The notes: a model not told the origin generated them from the sequence alone. DNA of 64,000 bases from Octopus vulgaris (GCA_951406725.2 OX597818.1:134292001-134356000), one strand, 5' to 3'; positions 13,124 through 25,982 are shown, counted from the first letter of the stretch. Translations and numbers: made by a program.

Positions 13124-14685
13124 TGTGTGTGTCTGTGTGTGTGTGTGTGTGTGTATTAATTCATAATTAACATGTTGTCCTAAATTGGGTGCTTCTGCAA
13201 TTTGTGTCAACTCCTTAAAATCTTCCTTAAAACAAACCAAAGTGGTCCCATTGTATCATAGCCTTCTATAGCCCTCTGTCTCATTATCCAGCCACCCATA
13301 GTTGGATTTATAGAGGGGCAGAAGGGGAAATTGTCTCAAACATCGACAATATTTCAGCCCCCACCCTTGCAACATGTGATGAGTCTTCTGTACAGACAGG
13401 CCCCCATCATTTCCAAATAACCTTGCATGAACAGGGCCTCCTCCAATATGTAAACATATATCCACTTCTTAAGAATAACAATGTTTCTCCACTTTAGCAA
13501 CAACAGTTTACTCAATTAAAATACAAGCTTATTTACCCAGTCCAGGCCACTAATTTTCAACTATCTCTGTTAAACATTAGTTGTTATTCCTAGTTGTAAA
13601 TTGGTAAATTTTAAAAATTGGAAAAATGTCAAAACAAAAAAAAAAAATAATAAGTTCAAGGATCATCAATAACAAACAACAACATGCCTTAATTGTGATC
13701 CAAAATATTCTCAGAAAGAAGTGAAAAAAATGCTACTGTATTGGCAAAGACAAACTGCCCTACAGAATTTTTCTTTGCTTTGAAGAAGGAAAACTTGGAA
13801 GCTGATGAAAAATCAGAAACAATAAATATAATTGAATTTAATATATATATTAATATATATATATGGCCCAGTGGTTAGGGCAGCGGACTTGCGGTCGGAG
13901 GATCGCGGTTTCGATTCCCAGACCGGGCGTTGTGTGTGTTTATTGAGCGAAAACACCTAAAAGCTCCACGAGGCTCCGGCAGGGGATGGTGGTGATCCCT
14001 GCTGTACTCTTTCACCACTCTAAAGGCGGTGCTCCAGCATGGCCGCAGTCAAATGACTGAAACAAGTACAAAAAAAAAAAAAAAAAAAATATGCCTTCCC
14101 ATATAGACGTAATAAACACATATATCCCATACACACATACTCACACAAGCATAAATGCATATACACACATATTCATATACATGCATGAATATGCAAAACT
14201 GACACTTTCATACTACACCATATCATACTCATCATCGTCTTAGTATGAATGCTTGTTTTCCCAAGCTCTTAGGTAGGATGGTGATTATTAACCCTCTAAG
14301 CATGAAATGATGACCAATAAAAGAGTGTGTATATTGCTAAGCAATCAACTAGGAGTCATAATCAGCAGCAGCAGCAGCATTTACCATCCACACTCTTATG
14401 CTTGCATGAGTTAGATGTAGGATATTTGAGGCAGATTTTCTACAGCCAAATGCCTTTCTTGTCACCATTCACAATTGTTTCCAGGCAAGGTAATTATTGC
14501 CCTAAGAATATTGGAAATGAATGATGATGCTTGCATGACAGTGTCAATCATTGACCATTACCACATGATTTTAAGGTCAAGGAGACTTTTGAGAAAGTTA
14601 CTGCACTCCCAAATACATCTGCAGAAATTAGGAGTAATATATCAGCTCAAAATATTGATGATGAAGTATCATTGCCTCCTACATG

Positions 14686-15070
14686 TGGAGGCGCAATGGC
14701 CCAGTGGTTAGGGCAGCGGACTCGCGGTCATAGGATCGCGGTTTCGATTCCCAGACCAGGCGTTGTGAGTGTTTATTGAGCGAAAACACCTAAAAGCTCC
14801 ACGAGGCTCCGGCAGGCGATGGTGGTGATCCCTGCTGTACTCTTTCACCACAACTTTCTCTCACTCTTACTTCCTGTTCCTGTTGTACCTGTATTTCAAA
14901 GGGCCGGCCTTGTCACTCTCTGTGTCACGCTGAATATCCCCGAGAACTTCGTTAAGGGTACACGTGTCTGTGGAGTGCTCAGCCACTTACATGTTAATTT
15001 CACGAGCAGGCTGTTCCGTTGATTCGGATCAACCGGAACCCTCATCGTCGTAACCGACGGAGTGCTTCCA
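14686..15070 (+). mobile_element. SINE family A, full length
   Basis: TSD CATTGCCTCCTACA on both sides. Confidence 0.92.
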
Positions 15071-16289
15071 TCCATTGCCTCCTACAGACATAGCTAGTGA
15101 AGAGCTATTTTGAGATCAAGATCCAGCCATGTGGCTTTCTGTTCATGAAAAAAAAAATGAACAGCATTTGAGAAAGTGGCTCCTGTACAACCCATGAAGC
15201 AATGCATTTTATTGCTTTTACTGTACACTGATATCAAGCAGATGTAACTGTTTTTGTAGCAGGGATAGATTTAATGACTGGAAAAAAAGGAGAGGAGAAG
15301 ATAGAAACACACAAACAAAGCTGAGGTGCTGTTGTGGCTGTGTCAGTTTTTCTAGGCAAGAAATTTTCTAGCTCTAATTCTGCCCATTCTATCATTCTAT
15401 CTCTCTCTGTAATTACTACTACTAAACAATGAAGAGGACACATACACAAACTTTACTTTGCATGCTTTTGGATGTATCAAAACCTGCCCATTAAGGCAAG
15501 GTATTTGTAACATAACGGTGAATAAATACTTTCTTAAAAGTTTATACATTGTGCATCTTTCACATCTTACAACTTGCCATCCTACAGTATGCAATCATAA
15601 TAACAACAAACTCTTATTGTTACAAAACATTATTGTTACAGCTGCTGAAACTGACCGACATTATCATAATATTGTTTACTAATCAATCAAAACCGTTACA
15701 ATTGGTGACCCCATAAAAATAGAATCGCTGCCTTCTGAAACAGCATTACCAGCAGTCACAACAGGCGACCTCGAGCAAAAGAATCGATGCCTTTGAAGCT
15801 GCATTACCAACAACTTGGTGAACCCATGTAAAGAGAATTACTACTTTTCGATGCTACATACCGCTGCATGAATGACAACCTCAGTCACCACCAAGATGCA
15901 CCCTCCTTCGACCTGCTACAAAGAGCACTATACTGCAATGCAATCTACAATGCACTTCACAACAATGCAACACAGCCAATGCACAAGGGATTCGCCTACA
16001 TGCCCAGAAACTAACTGGAAGAAAATGAGGAGGCCCACACATGCAACCTTTTTGGCACACACACACACTTTTCGTCTTGTCCTGACGTACAAACCCGGCA
16101 TTGTCTATGAACTTTTACACATACATATAGAATTTCAACAACTCTTTTTCTTTGCATGCACATCTTTTTACTTTCAGCAGTAGACTTTTAACAAAGGACA
16201 TTATTTTCATATAAGTTCGTTATTTTTGCTTATTTTATTGTTCTATTTGCCCTGCACACTTTCATTTGTTTATGAGTCACACATTCTGT

Positions 16290-16686
16290 GATACACACAT
16301 ATTCCACAATGCACACATTCCGCAATGCACACATTCCGCGATGCACACATTCCGCGATGCATATATTCCACGAAGCACACATTCCGCGATGCACACATTC
16401 CATGAAGCACACATTCCACGAAGCACACATTCTGCAATGCACACATTCGGTGATGCATACATTCCACGAAGCACACATTCCGTGATGCATATATTCCATG
16501 AAGCACACATTCCACGATGCACACATTCCATGAAGCATACATTCCGCAATGCACACATTCAGCGATGCATACATTCCACGAAGCACACATTCCGCGATGC
16601 ATACATTCCGTGATGCACACATTCCGCGATGCACACATTCCACGAAGCACATATTCTGCGATGCACACATTCCACGATGCACAAAT
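16290..16686. repeat. 16-bp minisatellite (ATGCACACATTCCGCG)n, about 25 copies
   Basis: Direct inspection. Explains the Cys/His-rich ORFs in all frames. Confidence 0.92.
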
Positions 16687-17716
16687 TCTACGACGACTCG
16701 TTTCACTAAAGCAGCTAAATTCATGTGCATATCTTTTTGAATGTTCTTTATTATTATTATTCATATTTTGCATGTACTTTTTATCGTTCACTTTGAAAAT
16801 ACTTGTATTGTTGCATACATACACACATGCACCTTTCCTCACAGCCTGGCCTTGCACACGCATCTGCATACTTTGTTCATACACACACATGCTATCTCTG
16901 TCGCATTCATGCACCACACATGCCTTTCTCGCTTGCTTTCCATACTCAATGCGCCCTTGTAGACATAACTCATCTCTGTAAAACCCTAGGTCGGTCACAC
17001 ACACATAGAGAAGCCTTTTTGTCTCTTATGATGCGCCAGCATGTCACCCTTTCACTCCTGCACGATCGAGGCATATAATACCTCATGCACCAGCTGGCGG
17101 CCTCAGCCTTACTGCATTAATCAATGGCATATTCAATGCTGTACACTGTATTTGTAATCAATGCATTAGCCTCAGCCTTGCAACCTCTATTGCACTCATG
17201 CACATGCAACTCTATTATGCATCTACTGCCTTATTTTGCAACACGTCTGCTTCAGCTCAATTCTTCTCCCGACTCGAAGCATGTCGGATGATCACATGCT
17301 CTGCGCTCATGTTTAGACATAATTTCCCCCTGTTAGGCCCCCGTTTGGTCACATAATTAACAGAGAAAATTATCTGTCTCACACGTCACTCCAGCATGCT
17401 CTACTGTCGCCCTTACTAACTCAGCAATTAACTATGACAACAGCACCAGATGCATTTCACCTTCAAGGCATTTCAAACACTGCAACCCTGCAGAAAGATC
17501 TTTCATATCACGGATTGAGAATGCACTCACTCGCTCATCTCAGCTTATTTTACAGTCTATTTTGAAACGTGCACCTGCACTCTTGCATATGCCCTCACAT
17601 GCACACATGCACTCATTTGTCACTGACTGCACACATTTTGGCATGCAAAGCGACACCGCTATTCGAACTAATCCGAATAGAAAACTGTCCCATATACACT
17701 TCAACGATCCTCTCTC

Positions 17717-17980
17717 ATCATCATCATCATCATCATTTAACGTCTGTTTTCTGCGCTAGCACGGGTTGGACGGTTCGACCGGAGTCTGGGAAGCCAGGGG
17801 CTGCACCAGGCTCCAGTCTGATCTGGCAGAGTTTCTACAGCTGGATGCCCTTCCGAATGCCAACCACTCCGCGAGTGTAGTGGGTGCTTTTTACGTGCCA
17901 CCTGCACAGGTGCCAGGGGGGTCCGGCATCGACCACGATCGGTTGGAGCTTTTAACGTGCCACCGGCACGGAAACCAGCC
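17717..17980 (-). mobile_element. RTE LINE 3'-end derivative (family C, GAT tail)
   Basis: Matches the 3' end of the RTE at 20620-21897. Further copies at 18849-19046, 27253-27575, 31868-32030, 35808-35965. Confidence 0.8.
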
Positions 17981-18247
17981 AGCCAAATTTAAATTAACAC
18001 TGCTACAGAACTTTTCCCACATTGTGCATCTTTCACATCTTACAACTTGCCATCCTTCAGTATGCAATTATAATAACAACAAACACTTATCGTTACAAAA
18101 CATTATCGTTACAACTGCTGAAACTGACATTATCATAATATTGTGTTGCTAATCAATTAAAACCGTTACACAGAGATAAGAACTAAAGCTAAGAAACTCA
18201 TCACCATTTCTCTCTGATTTTAATAATGTGTATATAGATAAAATTGT

Positions 18248-18552
18248 GGAGGTGCAATGGCCTAGTGGTTAGGGCAGCGGACTCGCAGTCGCAGGATCAT
18301 GGTTTCGATTCCCAGACCGTGCGCTGTGTGTGTTTATTGAGCGAAAACACCTAAAAGCTCCATGAGGCTCCGGCTGGGGGTGGTGATCCCTGCTGTACTC
18401 TTTCACCACTCTTTCTCTCACTCTTTCTTCTGTTGACCTGCTCGCTTAGCCAGCGGGGTGGCATCGTTCGAAGGCTAAAACAATGCGAACGCATTGTGAC
18501 CAGCGATGTGTAGCAACATCTGATGGTCTGGTCAGTCATGTGATCACGTGAT
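18248..18552 (+). mobile_element. SINE family A' (A head, different 3' tail)
   Basis: TSD ATATAGATAAAATT. Second copy at 59010-59231 on the minus strand. Confidence 0.85.
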
Positions 18553-18599
18553 ATAGATAAAATTATAACTTGCAGCCTTATAATTTGTAAGCTCATGTC

Positions 18600-19095
18600 C
18601 TGTTTCACTCTGTCTCAACTGGAACCTTTAATTCATGATGAAAAGCTTGCTGAAAACTTTCCAAGTGTTGATGTAGCTCTTGGAATATATTTGATTTTGA
18701 TGGTCACTAGTTGTTCAGGAAAGAGGTTATTCAGTAAATTGGGGCTGATTAAGAATTCTTAATCGTCCAACTGAGAACCACAATAACACATGAAAGACTA
18801 AAGGCCCTGTACCTTTTGGATGCAGAGTGCAATGTTCTAAAATGATACATCATCATCATCATCATCATCGTTTAACGTCCGTTCTCCATGCTAGCATGGG
18901 TTGGACGGTTCGACCGGGGTCTGGGAAGCCAGGGGCTGCACCAGGCTCCAGTCTGATCTGGCAGAGTTTCTACGGCTGGATGCCCTTCCTAACGCCAACC
19001 ACTCCGCGAGTGTAGTGGGTGCTTTTTACGTGCCACCTGCACAGGTGTTTAAGGAAATCATTAAAGATTTTCCAGATGCAAAGTGTTGAAAGAAA
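18600..19095 (+). pseudogene. hAT transposase C-terminal dimerisation-domain remnant, interrupted by a family C insertion
   Basis: ENFPSVDVALGIYLILMVTSCSGKRLFSKLGLIKN resembles the hAT ...S/T.SAERSFS.L.LIK motif. Resumes as EIIKDF after 19046. Confidence 0.7.
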
Positions 19096-19810
19096 GACTT
19101 TTGCAGGTATTGTAGCAGTATGTAGTGGTAAAATAGTAAAACTGTACTTAGTTTAGATGATAAATTTTGCATTGACAGATACATTTAAACTTTTAATATG
19201 CCAACTAGACAATTTCATTTGCACACAATTGATGGGTGTTGAGATGTAAGTTTGGTGATTTGTCATAGATTTTTATTGTTGTGTATGAGGATCCTACCAA
19301 ACTTGAAGTAACCTGGGACCCTGCTAGGTTTAAATTTAGGCCTGCATCTACCCACTGTAGTCTACTGTAGTTCCTTACCACTTTACCTTTCCACAGCTCT
19401 CTGCTTCATTAGTTTTCTAACCACTGTTAACGTTGCATTAGATCCTCACTATAATACCTTTCTACAACCTTTTACCCCATTTACCAACAACTGACTGTTA
19501 GCCTACCATAGTTCATATCCACAATACTTTTTCACATCATTAGTCTATTTCGGTCATCCTCTTCAAACCATCCACCACAGACTTCTAATACCACTGCAAT
19601 AGTACCTACCCCTTTTAACTTGTTGTGTACTAGCTACTCTTAATTAAACTACTCACTTGTCCCTTGTCTTCCTTTTGACTTTATATACTATATTCAGCAC
19701 ATTACCCAATCATTTCTCTCATAAATGCAACAATCTGGTATCCTACGTTTCCATATTTTCCACTCAAAGCTTATAATACAAAGTTTTTCATTTCATTGGT
19801 TTCTTTGCAG

Positions 19811-20076
19811 GTAACATTCCATCTGCTACAACATCAGATTTCTACACATCTGTGTACATTGAAAGTTCATCAATTAATGATAATGTCAATACAACTGAAA
19901 TTAATGATAATGTCAATACAACAAAATCTTTTGTAGGTCGCCTTTCACAGTCAACAATATCACAATCAACACCAACCACTACAAAAGAATCTTCAGCAGA
20001 TGGTAACACTAAACAAATAAATTGCATCAGTATTATCATTGCGGTTCTTATTATTATTGGTGTCGTGGACACCTAA
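19811..20076 (+). CDS. Host gene last coding exon: Ser/Thr stalk plus C-terminal hydrophobic (probable GPI) signal
   Basis: Acceptor tttctttgcag|, phase 1. (C)NIPSATTSDFYTSVYIESSSINDNVNTTEINDNVNTTKSF...KESSADGNTKQINCISIIIAVLIIIGVVDT, TAA at 20074-20076. Candidate 3'UTR donor AAG|GTATTT at 20099/20100. Confidence 0.85.
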
Positions 20077-20136
20077 AAATATTCCCACGTGCAAAAAAGG
20101 TATTTTGTGATTTCTTAAAATTTCATTTTGAGTCTG

Positions 20137-20479
20137 GAAGGTGTTTATAAGCCATTTAAGAAACACACAAAAGCCGTTCGATTCACTTCAACATTTAAGT
20201 TTAATTTGTCAAAATATTTTCGTCGCTTTAAGACCGCGACCTGTTCACTGAGAAAAATCCGTGCTGCATCACGGATGCAGCACGGATTTTTGTCAGTGAA
20301 CAGGTCGTGGATTTTAGCGACGAAAATATTTTGACAAATTAAACTTAAATGTTGAAGTGAATCGAACGGCTTTTGTGTGTTTCTTAAATGGCTTATAAAC
20401 ACCTTCCTCGCTGCAATTGTTTTCGTTTCAGCACACGATCTCAGATCAAATTACTTGCTATGCGAGTACATCTCCGTAA
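20137..20479. mobile_element. Fold-back (PLE-type) non-autonomous insertion with two hammerhead motifs
   Basis: ~135-bp near-perfect inverted arms (20136-20270 / 20274-20407) plus a unique tail. 13-bp TSD CATTTTGAGTCTG at 20124-20136 and 20480-20492. Confidence 0.9.
20289..20338 (+). ncRNA. Type I hammerhead ribozyme, G3:C8 core variant
   Basis: UUUGUCA-GUGAACA-G-GUCGU(loop)GCGAC-GAAA-AUAUUU/UGACAAA: 7-bp helix I, 5-bp helix II, palindromic AAUAUU at helix III. Mirror copy at 20205-20255 (-). Confidence 0.7.
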
Positions 20480-20619
20480 CATTTTGAGTCTGTTAAGTGC
20501 AATTGTAGATTTTGCTATATCCTTTGAGTTAGCATAACTGGCTTTAGTGTAACTTGTCCCAGTGTTTTATATGTGTGGATATGTATTTTCTGAAATATTG
20601 TTCTCTGTAAGATGTACCA

Positions 20620-21897
20620 AGTGTAAGCTATGGACACATAAGAGGTGCAGTAATATCAAAGGAAGGCTAACCGGGAAGATAGTTTCTGTATGTGGCTGAT
20701 GCTCGGGAGCAATGAACACTGAAAACTTCTGCCACATTCCGGGGAGAAAAACTAGAAGTAGTTGATAGCTTCCGTTACCTAGGTGACCAAGTCAGTAGCG
20801 GGGGAGGGTGCGCTGAAAGTGTAGCTGCTAGAATAAGAATAGCCTGGGCAAAGTTCAGAGAGCTCTTACCTCTGCTGGTGACAAAGGGCCTCTCGCTCAG
20901 AGTAAAAGGTAGACTGTATGACGCGTGTGTACAAACAGCCATGGTACATGGCAGTGAAACATGGGCTGTGACTACCGAGGACATGCATAAGCTTGCAAGG
21001 AATGAAGCCAGTATGATCCAATGGATGTGTAATGTCAGTGTGTAAGTACCTTGAGAGAAAAGTTGGACCTAAGAAGCATAAGATGTGGTGTGCAAGAGAG
21101 AAGACTGCGCTGGTATCGTCATGTGGCGAGAATGGATAAGGATAGCTGTGTGAAAAAGTGCTACACCCTAGCAGTTGAGGGAACCTGTGGAAGAAGTAGA
21201 CCCAGGAAGACCAGGGATGAAGTGGTGAAGTACGACCTTCAAACTTTAGGCCTCACCAAGGAAATGACTAGTGACCAAGACTTTTGGAAATATGCTGTGC
21301 TTGAGAAGACCCGGCAAGCCAAATGAGACCATAACCTTGTGGCCTATGCCAGGAGCATAACTAGCTCACTTATACATACCTTTTCTTTCTTTGGTCACTA
21401 AACTCTGCTTGCGAAGACCTGTTGAGGCAAGTGAAATCAAAATCAAATTCGATGACTGGCATCCGTGCTAGCGGGGTGCAAAGAGCACCATACGAGTGTG
21501 ATCATTGATAGAGTAGCTAACCAGCTTCCATGCCAGAAGCACATAAAAGGCACTAATCGAGTGTGATCGTTACCACCATCGCCTTACTGGCACTTGTGTC
21601 CATGCTAGTAGGGTGCCAAGAGCACCATCCGAGCGGGATCGTTGCCAGAGCGACTAACAGGCTTCCGTGCTGGTGGCACGTAAAAGGCATCTTTCGAGTG
21701 TGATCGTTACCAGTGTCTCCTTACTGGCACCTGTGCAGGTGGCATGTGTAAAAAAGATTCGAGCGAGGTCGTTGCCAGTACCGCCTGACTGGCCCCCATG
21801 CCGGTGGCATGTAAAAGGCACCCACTACACTCTCGGAGTGGTTGGCGTTAGGAAGGGCATCCAGCTGTAGAAACTCTGCCAGATCAAGATTGGAGCT
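20620..21897 (+). mobile_element. RTE-clade LINE, RT C-terminus and 3' UTR
   Basis: LEVVDSFRYLGDQVSSGGG...RIRIAWAKFRELLPLL...HGSETWA and RRLRWYRHVARM. 3' UTR carries internal repeats. Confidence 0.88.
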
Positions 21898-22800
21898 TTA
21901 TCCTTCGACAATGACAAGTCTCTAACTAAATCATTTAACTCTCCTTGAGAAAATTGCTGTGGTACATCTTCATTTTCAATCGTGAAATCTGCATCCTCTT
22001 CGGTGTCTTCCACAGCAGTTGTTTTTTATTCAAGAAATTCATCTTTGTCAGACATCTGAAGGCCATTTTCTGGTGATATTGGAATAAGATGATCATCGTC
22101 GTTGTGTGGTACTGGTCTTCTTGCTGATTCCAAGTTGGGATACACAATCTTATGCTTGATCTTTACAGTAAATCCACATACATTAATGTTGCAAAAATAA
22201 CAGTCCATGAAATGATCCTTTGGCTCTCTCCATATCATAGGTATTGCAAACGGCATTGCTCTCATCCTCTTATTTAGCCAATCCCTTAGTCCATTTGAAT
22301 AAGCTGAGCAGATGATGTGTGGGGCCCATCTCTTATCTTGATCCCTGAGAGAGCAGCCAAAGTATAACTGGTAGATCTTTTTGATTTCACTTGTGATGAC
22401 ACGTTGCTGAGCTTTGGTGGTAAATGAACCACAGACATGACAAAATACATCAGGACTGTTCTTGCAATGCCTTGACATCCTGAGTAGATGATGATGATGA
22501 TTTGGTACCTTAAACAGGAAGTAAAATTTATGGAAAGAAAAGATTATGAAAACATAAAATTACAAAATGAATACAAATAGTTATAAAACAAAAGTCAGAA
22601 TTTACCTGTATAAGGTTAGGGTTAGGGTTACGTGTAGCGATACTGCTGATGGGAGTTATATACCTCTCTTATCTCATCAGAAAAACTGTGCCTGATAGAA
22701 GGAAACTGATTACATTTTTGAAATCTGCAGACAAAACTACATATAATATCCCTGATGAAAATTGGCTGTTGCCAAATTATAAGGTCATTCTTACTCAGTT
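21898..22800 (-). mobile_element. 5' portion of a DNA transposon, probably Chapaev3/CMC-type
   Basis: Cys-rich N-terminus FCHVCG...WAPHIIC...WREPKDHFMDCYFC...YPNLESARRPVPH, then FSQGELNDLVRDLSLSK after a frameshift. Superfamily assignment is from memory of the motif. Confidence 0.65.
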
Positions 22801-25300
22801 ATACTGAGGTCATGCTCATGTTAACAATAGAGATGGAAATTTCTGTTCAGTATTTTATTTGTCTGGTTCTAATTGATATATTAATGTGTTTTCATAAAAT
22901 AAAACTGAATGGTGGAGAAATGAATTGAGAATTTTTAAAACTGAAATTTAATTTCAAAATTTAACTCAAATTTCAATGAAAGTCTAAAAATTTTTAATTC
23001 AATTTTTACATCCTATTTAAGATAAAATTTTAATTTCAGAAAATTTACTCTGTATTTTAGATATGAAAGCCTCTCATTCATTTGAAATTTCAAATTAATA
23101 AACCTTCACTCTCCACTCCACCCCAGCAACAACCCACCACCTCAATAATACATGAATATGGGTGAAATAAGTAAAAAATGTTCTAGATGAACATTTCCTT
23201 ATCAGGATTCTGCAAGATATCATAAGAGGTTCTGCATGAAACTGATAAATAGACTAATTATATGAAAATATATTTTTTAATTATTCCGGTATATAATTTT
23301 ATAAAAATGACCTCTTAAAGGGGAATTGTCAACAAATGTGGTTTTAAACAAGCTTAAGACAAAATTTCTTAAACTTTGTCTAATGGATTTGCTAAACCCT
23401 TCAAAAACATTTATGATTAGTTCAATCTCTTTTATGTTCTTAGCTGCTGAGTGTTAAAAGATTATGTAAGTGGGTCTCTCTGAATCAAAAAATTTCTTTT
23501 GCTTTCTTTATCAATGAAGCATTTTTTGTTAAAATTTTTTTTAAATAATCTACTCTACAAGGTATTTATATTATGCATCATGAAACTGTTAAAAAGACTA
23601 ATTGAAATTATAAAAACAGAAAATATAAACATGTACAACAATTTTTGCTTAGAATCTCATGTGGATGTGAAGGATAGTTATTTCTTTAAACATGTTTTGT
23701 ATTTTCAGAAATCATTAAATACTTTGGATTCTGCACCATCTGCATTTGTCTAAGATTTAACCATGAATTAAGTATTTGTATACCAAATGACAAGCACAGG
23801 TTTCTCATTTAACTTTTCTCTTTTATTTTTCAGTTGCTTCAGTCGTTACACTGAAATGCCTTGAAAAAATTTCATTCAAACCAATTTCTTTTGGATTTTT
23901 AAAGTAGATTCAGTTCTCTATCTCGGTTTCTTTTCTATTAATATTGTGTTCAATAACCTAATACTTCATTCTGGCGAGCTGGCAGTAATATTAGCACACT
24001 GTCTTTACGTTCTGAGTTCAAATTCCGCTGAGATTGCTTTGCCTTTCATCCTTTCGGGGTTGATAAATTAAGTACCATTTATATATGGGAGTCGATCTAA
24101 TCAAAATGTATGTTTTTGACTATATAAAAAAAGTAAATCATTTTAATGAGAACTTTGTGCCCGGTGACAATGGTAGATTTTCTTGATTCAAAAAGACAAT
24201 TTTGTTAGCTTCAGCCATGTTTCGTAATTTCAAGTCAGCTTCTCTTAGCTCAAAAGAAATCTTCAGCAGCATGAAACTAATCACATGGCTACTAAGCAAT
24301 ATTATCATCCACACAAACATGTCTGCATCTGTGTAAACTAATAAATATTTCATACAAATCACACATGTATGTTATCATCATTATCATTTAAAGCATCTAT
24401 CTGTCTATCTGTCTGTCTATGTACCTATCTGTCTGTCTATCCTTCTATCTATCTGTGTGTGTGTGTGGGTTGTCTGTTTTGGCATGGTTTTTATGGACTT
24501 AGTGTTGTTTATGTGGCACCAACACTGGTGAGATCATCTTTGGCATGGTTTTTACTGCTGGATGTCCTTCCAAACACCAACCACTTTACAGTGTGGACTG
24601 GATGCTTTTTAAGTGGCACCAGCACTGGCAGGGTCACCCAGTAACTTGCAAAACAAAGATCCTTTGAGAGGGAAGGGGGTGTTGAAGGAGGTGATCTTGT
24701 GCCAGGTGATGAGATGTTATAGTGTGACAGAGAGACAGAAACAAGTGGACCATCTAATTATCTCTCCTCATACATTAGGCTTGTCTATCTATCTACTTCT
24801 ACAGCATACCCAAACACATCATCCCTCTTCTCTCATAAACTCTTGGAAACACCACCCACCCATCAACTACTACTCCTTCTACCTCATCAGATATCACCAA
24901 TTCATTCTCACTTTCTTTCTCCTAAATGTAACCAGCCATGTAACACTCCTACAAAAAGGACCTGCCCTACCGCAACCTCTTCTCTCACACCTCAACTCCC
25001 ATCTAACATAAGGTCTCAGCACCCCATACTTCCTCAAGTTTGTAAACTTGCAAACTACAAGGTGACCTCAATAGTGCCAATGAGTTGCAAAAAAGAAACA
25101 ACCAGTTTATGCTGTAAAGTGGCTGGTGTTAGAAGGGCATCCAGCCATAGCAGACACTGGTACATGATGCAGTCCTTGAACTCATCAGATACATGTTAAA
25201 CCATCCAACACATGCCAACATGGAACATGAATGTTAAATGATGAGGATGAAGACGATGATGATGATGATGATGATGATGATATGTATATGTGTGTGTATA

Positions 25301-25545
25301 TCTATATATATAAAATTGAGAATGCTTGTCTGTGTGTCTTTATGTGCACATCACTAAAACTCAAGAACTACCCAACGGATTTCATTCAAATTTTACACAT
25401 GCCTTACTTAGGGTCTATGCAGTGTCATGGGTCAAAAATATTTTCAACTTCTTGCTTAATGTGAGCCTTGAGTAATCCCTTATCTCTTATACTATTTCAG
25501 TATTACATGTCAAAAGTGAAACAATAACTTCTCTATTTATCAGAT
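25301..25545 (+). mobile_element. Non-autonomous Helitron 5' fragment
   Basis: TCTATATATA start, homologous to the inverted copy at 26283-26755. Confidence 0.65.
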
Positions 25546-25775
25546 TTGTATCAGATTTATTAGTGAAACTATTAATACTTTCATTATGTATACATATATA
25601 TATATATATATATCTTGAGAAAATATTAATAGGTTGTTCATCAATTTTTAGACATTATATTATGTTATCTTATTTATTTACTAAACTGATAATTACAATA
25701 ATAAGCATACAAATATATAACATATTATGCTTTAATAATAATAAAACATTGTGTACAGTGCTTTCTTTCTCCTAT

Positions 25776-25810
25776 GTTTCCGACGAAGAGCTCCGCTCGA
25801 AACGTTAAAC
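25776..25810 (+). ncRNA. Minimal hammerhead motif with core mutation (CCGACGA)
   Basis: Inverted twin of 26119-26153 with a U4C change. Confidence 0.55.
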
Positions 25811-25982
25811 CCTCCTTCTTCCCTTCTTTCCTGAGCATCCAATAATACTTTATTTGTTCCAATATAATACTTTATTTGTGGAACAAATATAATACACTCG
25901 CATATGTATGCACATGCATAGATGCATAGATGTATATGCACACATATGTATATGTGTGTGTGCATATATGTATGTATACATG

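Larger units (their letters stand above)
15243..18170 (+). mobile_element. Non-autonomous LTR retroelement
   Basis: 5' LTR 15243-15700 (TGTAAC...GTTACA), followed by PBS-like TGGTGACCCC. About 150 bp of the LTR 3' end is repeated at 18020-18170. 4-bp TSD CAGA. No recognisable gag/pol. Confidence 0.8.

Noticed and set aside
16230-17004. Cys/His-rich repeat proteins (metallothionein- or keratin-like appearance)
   Set aside because: Produced by a 16-bp minisatellite (not a multiple of 3) that is open in several frames.
22612-22630. Telomeric TTAGGG repeats
   Set aside because: Only two to three units inside a transposon remnant, too short to mean anything.
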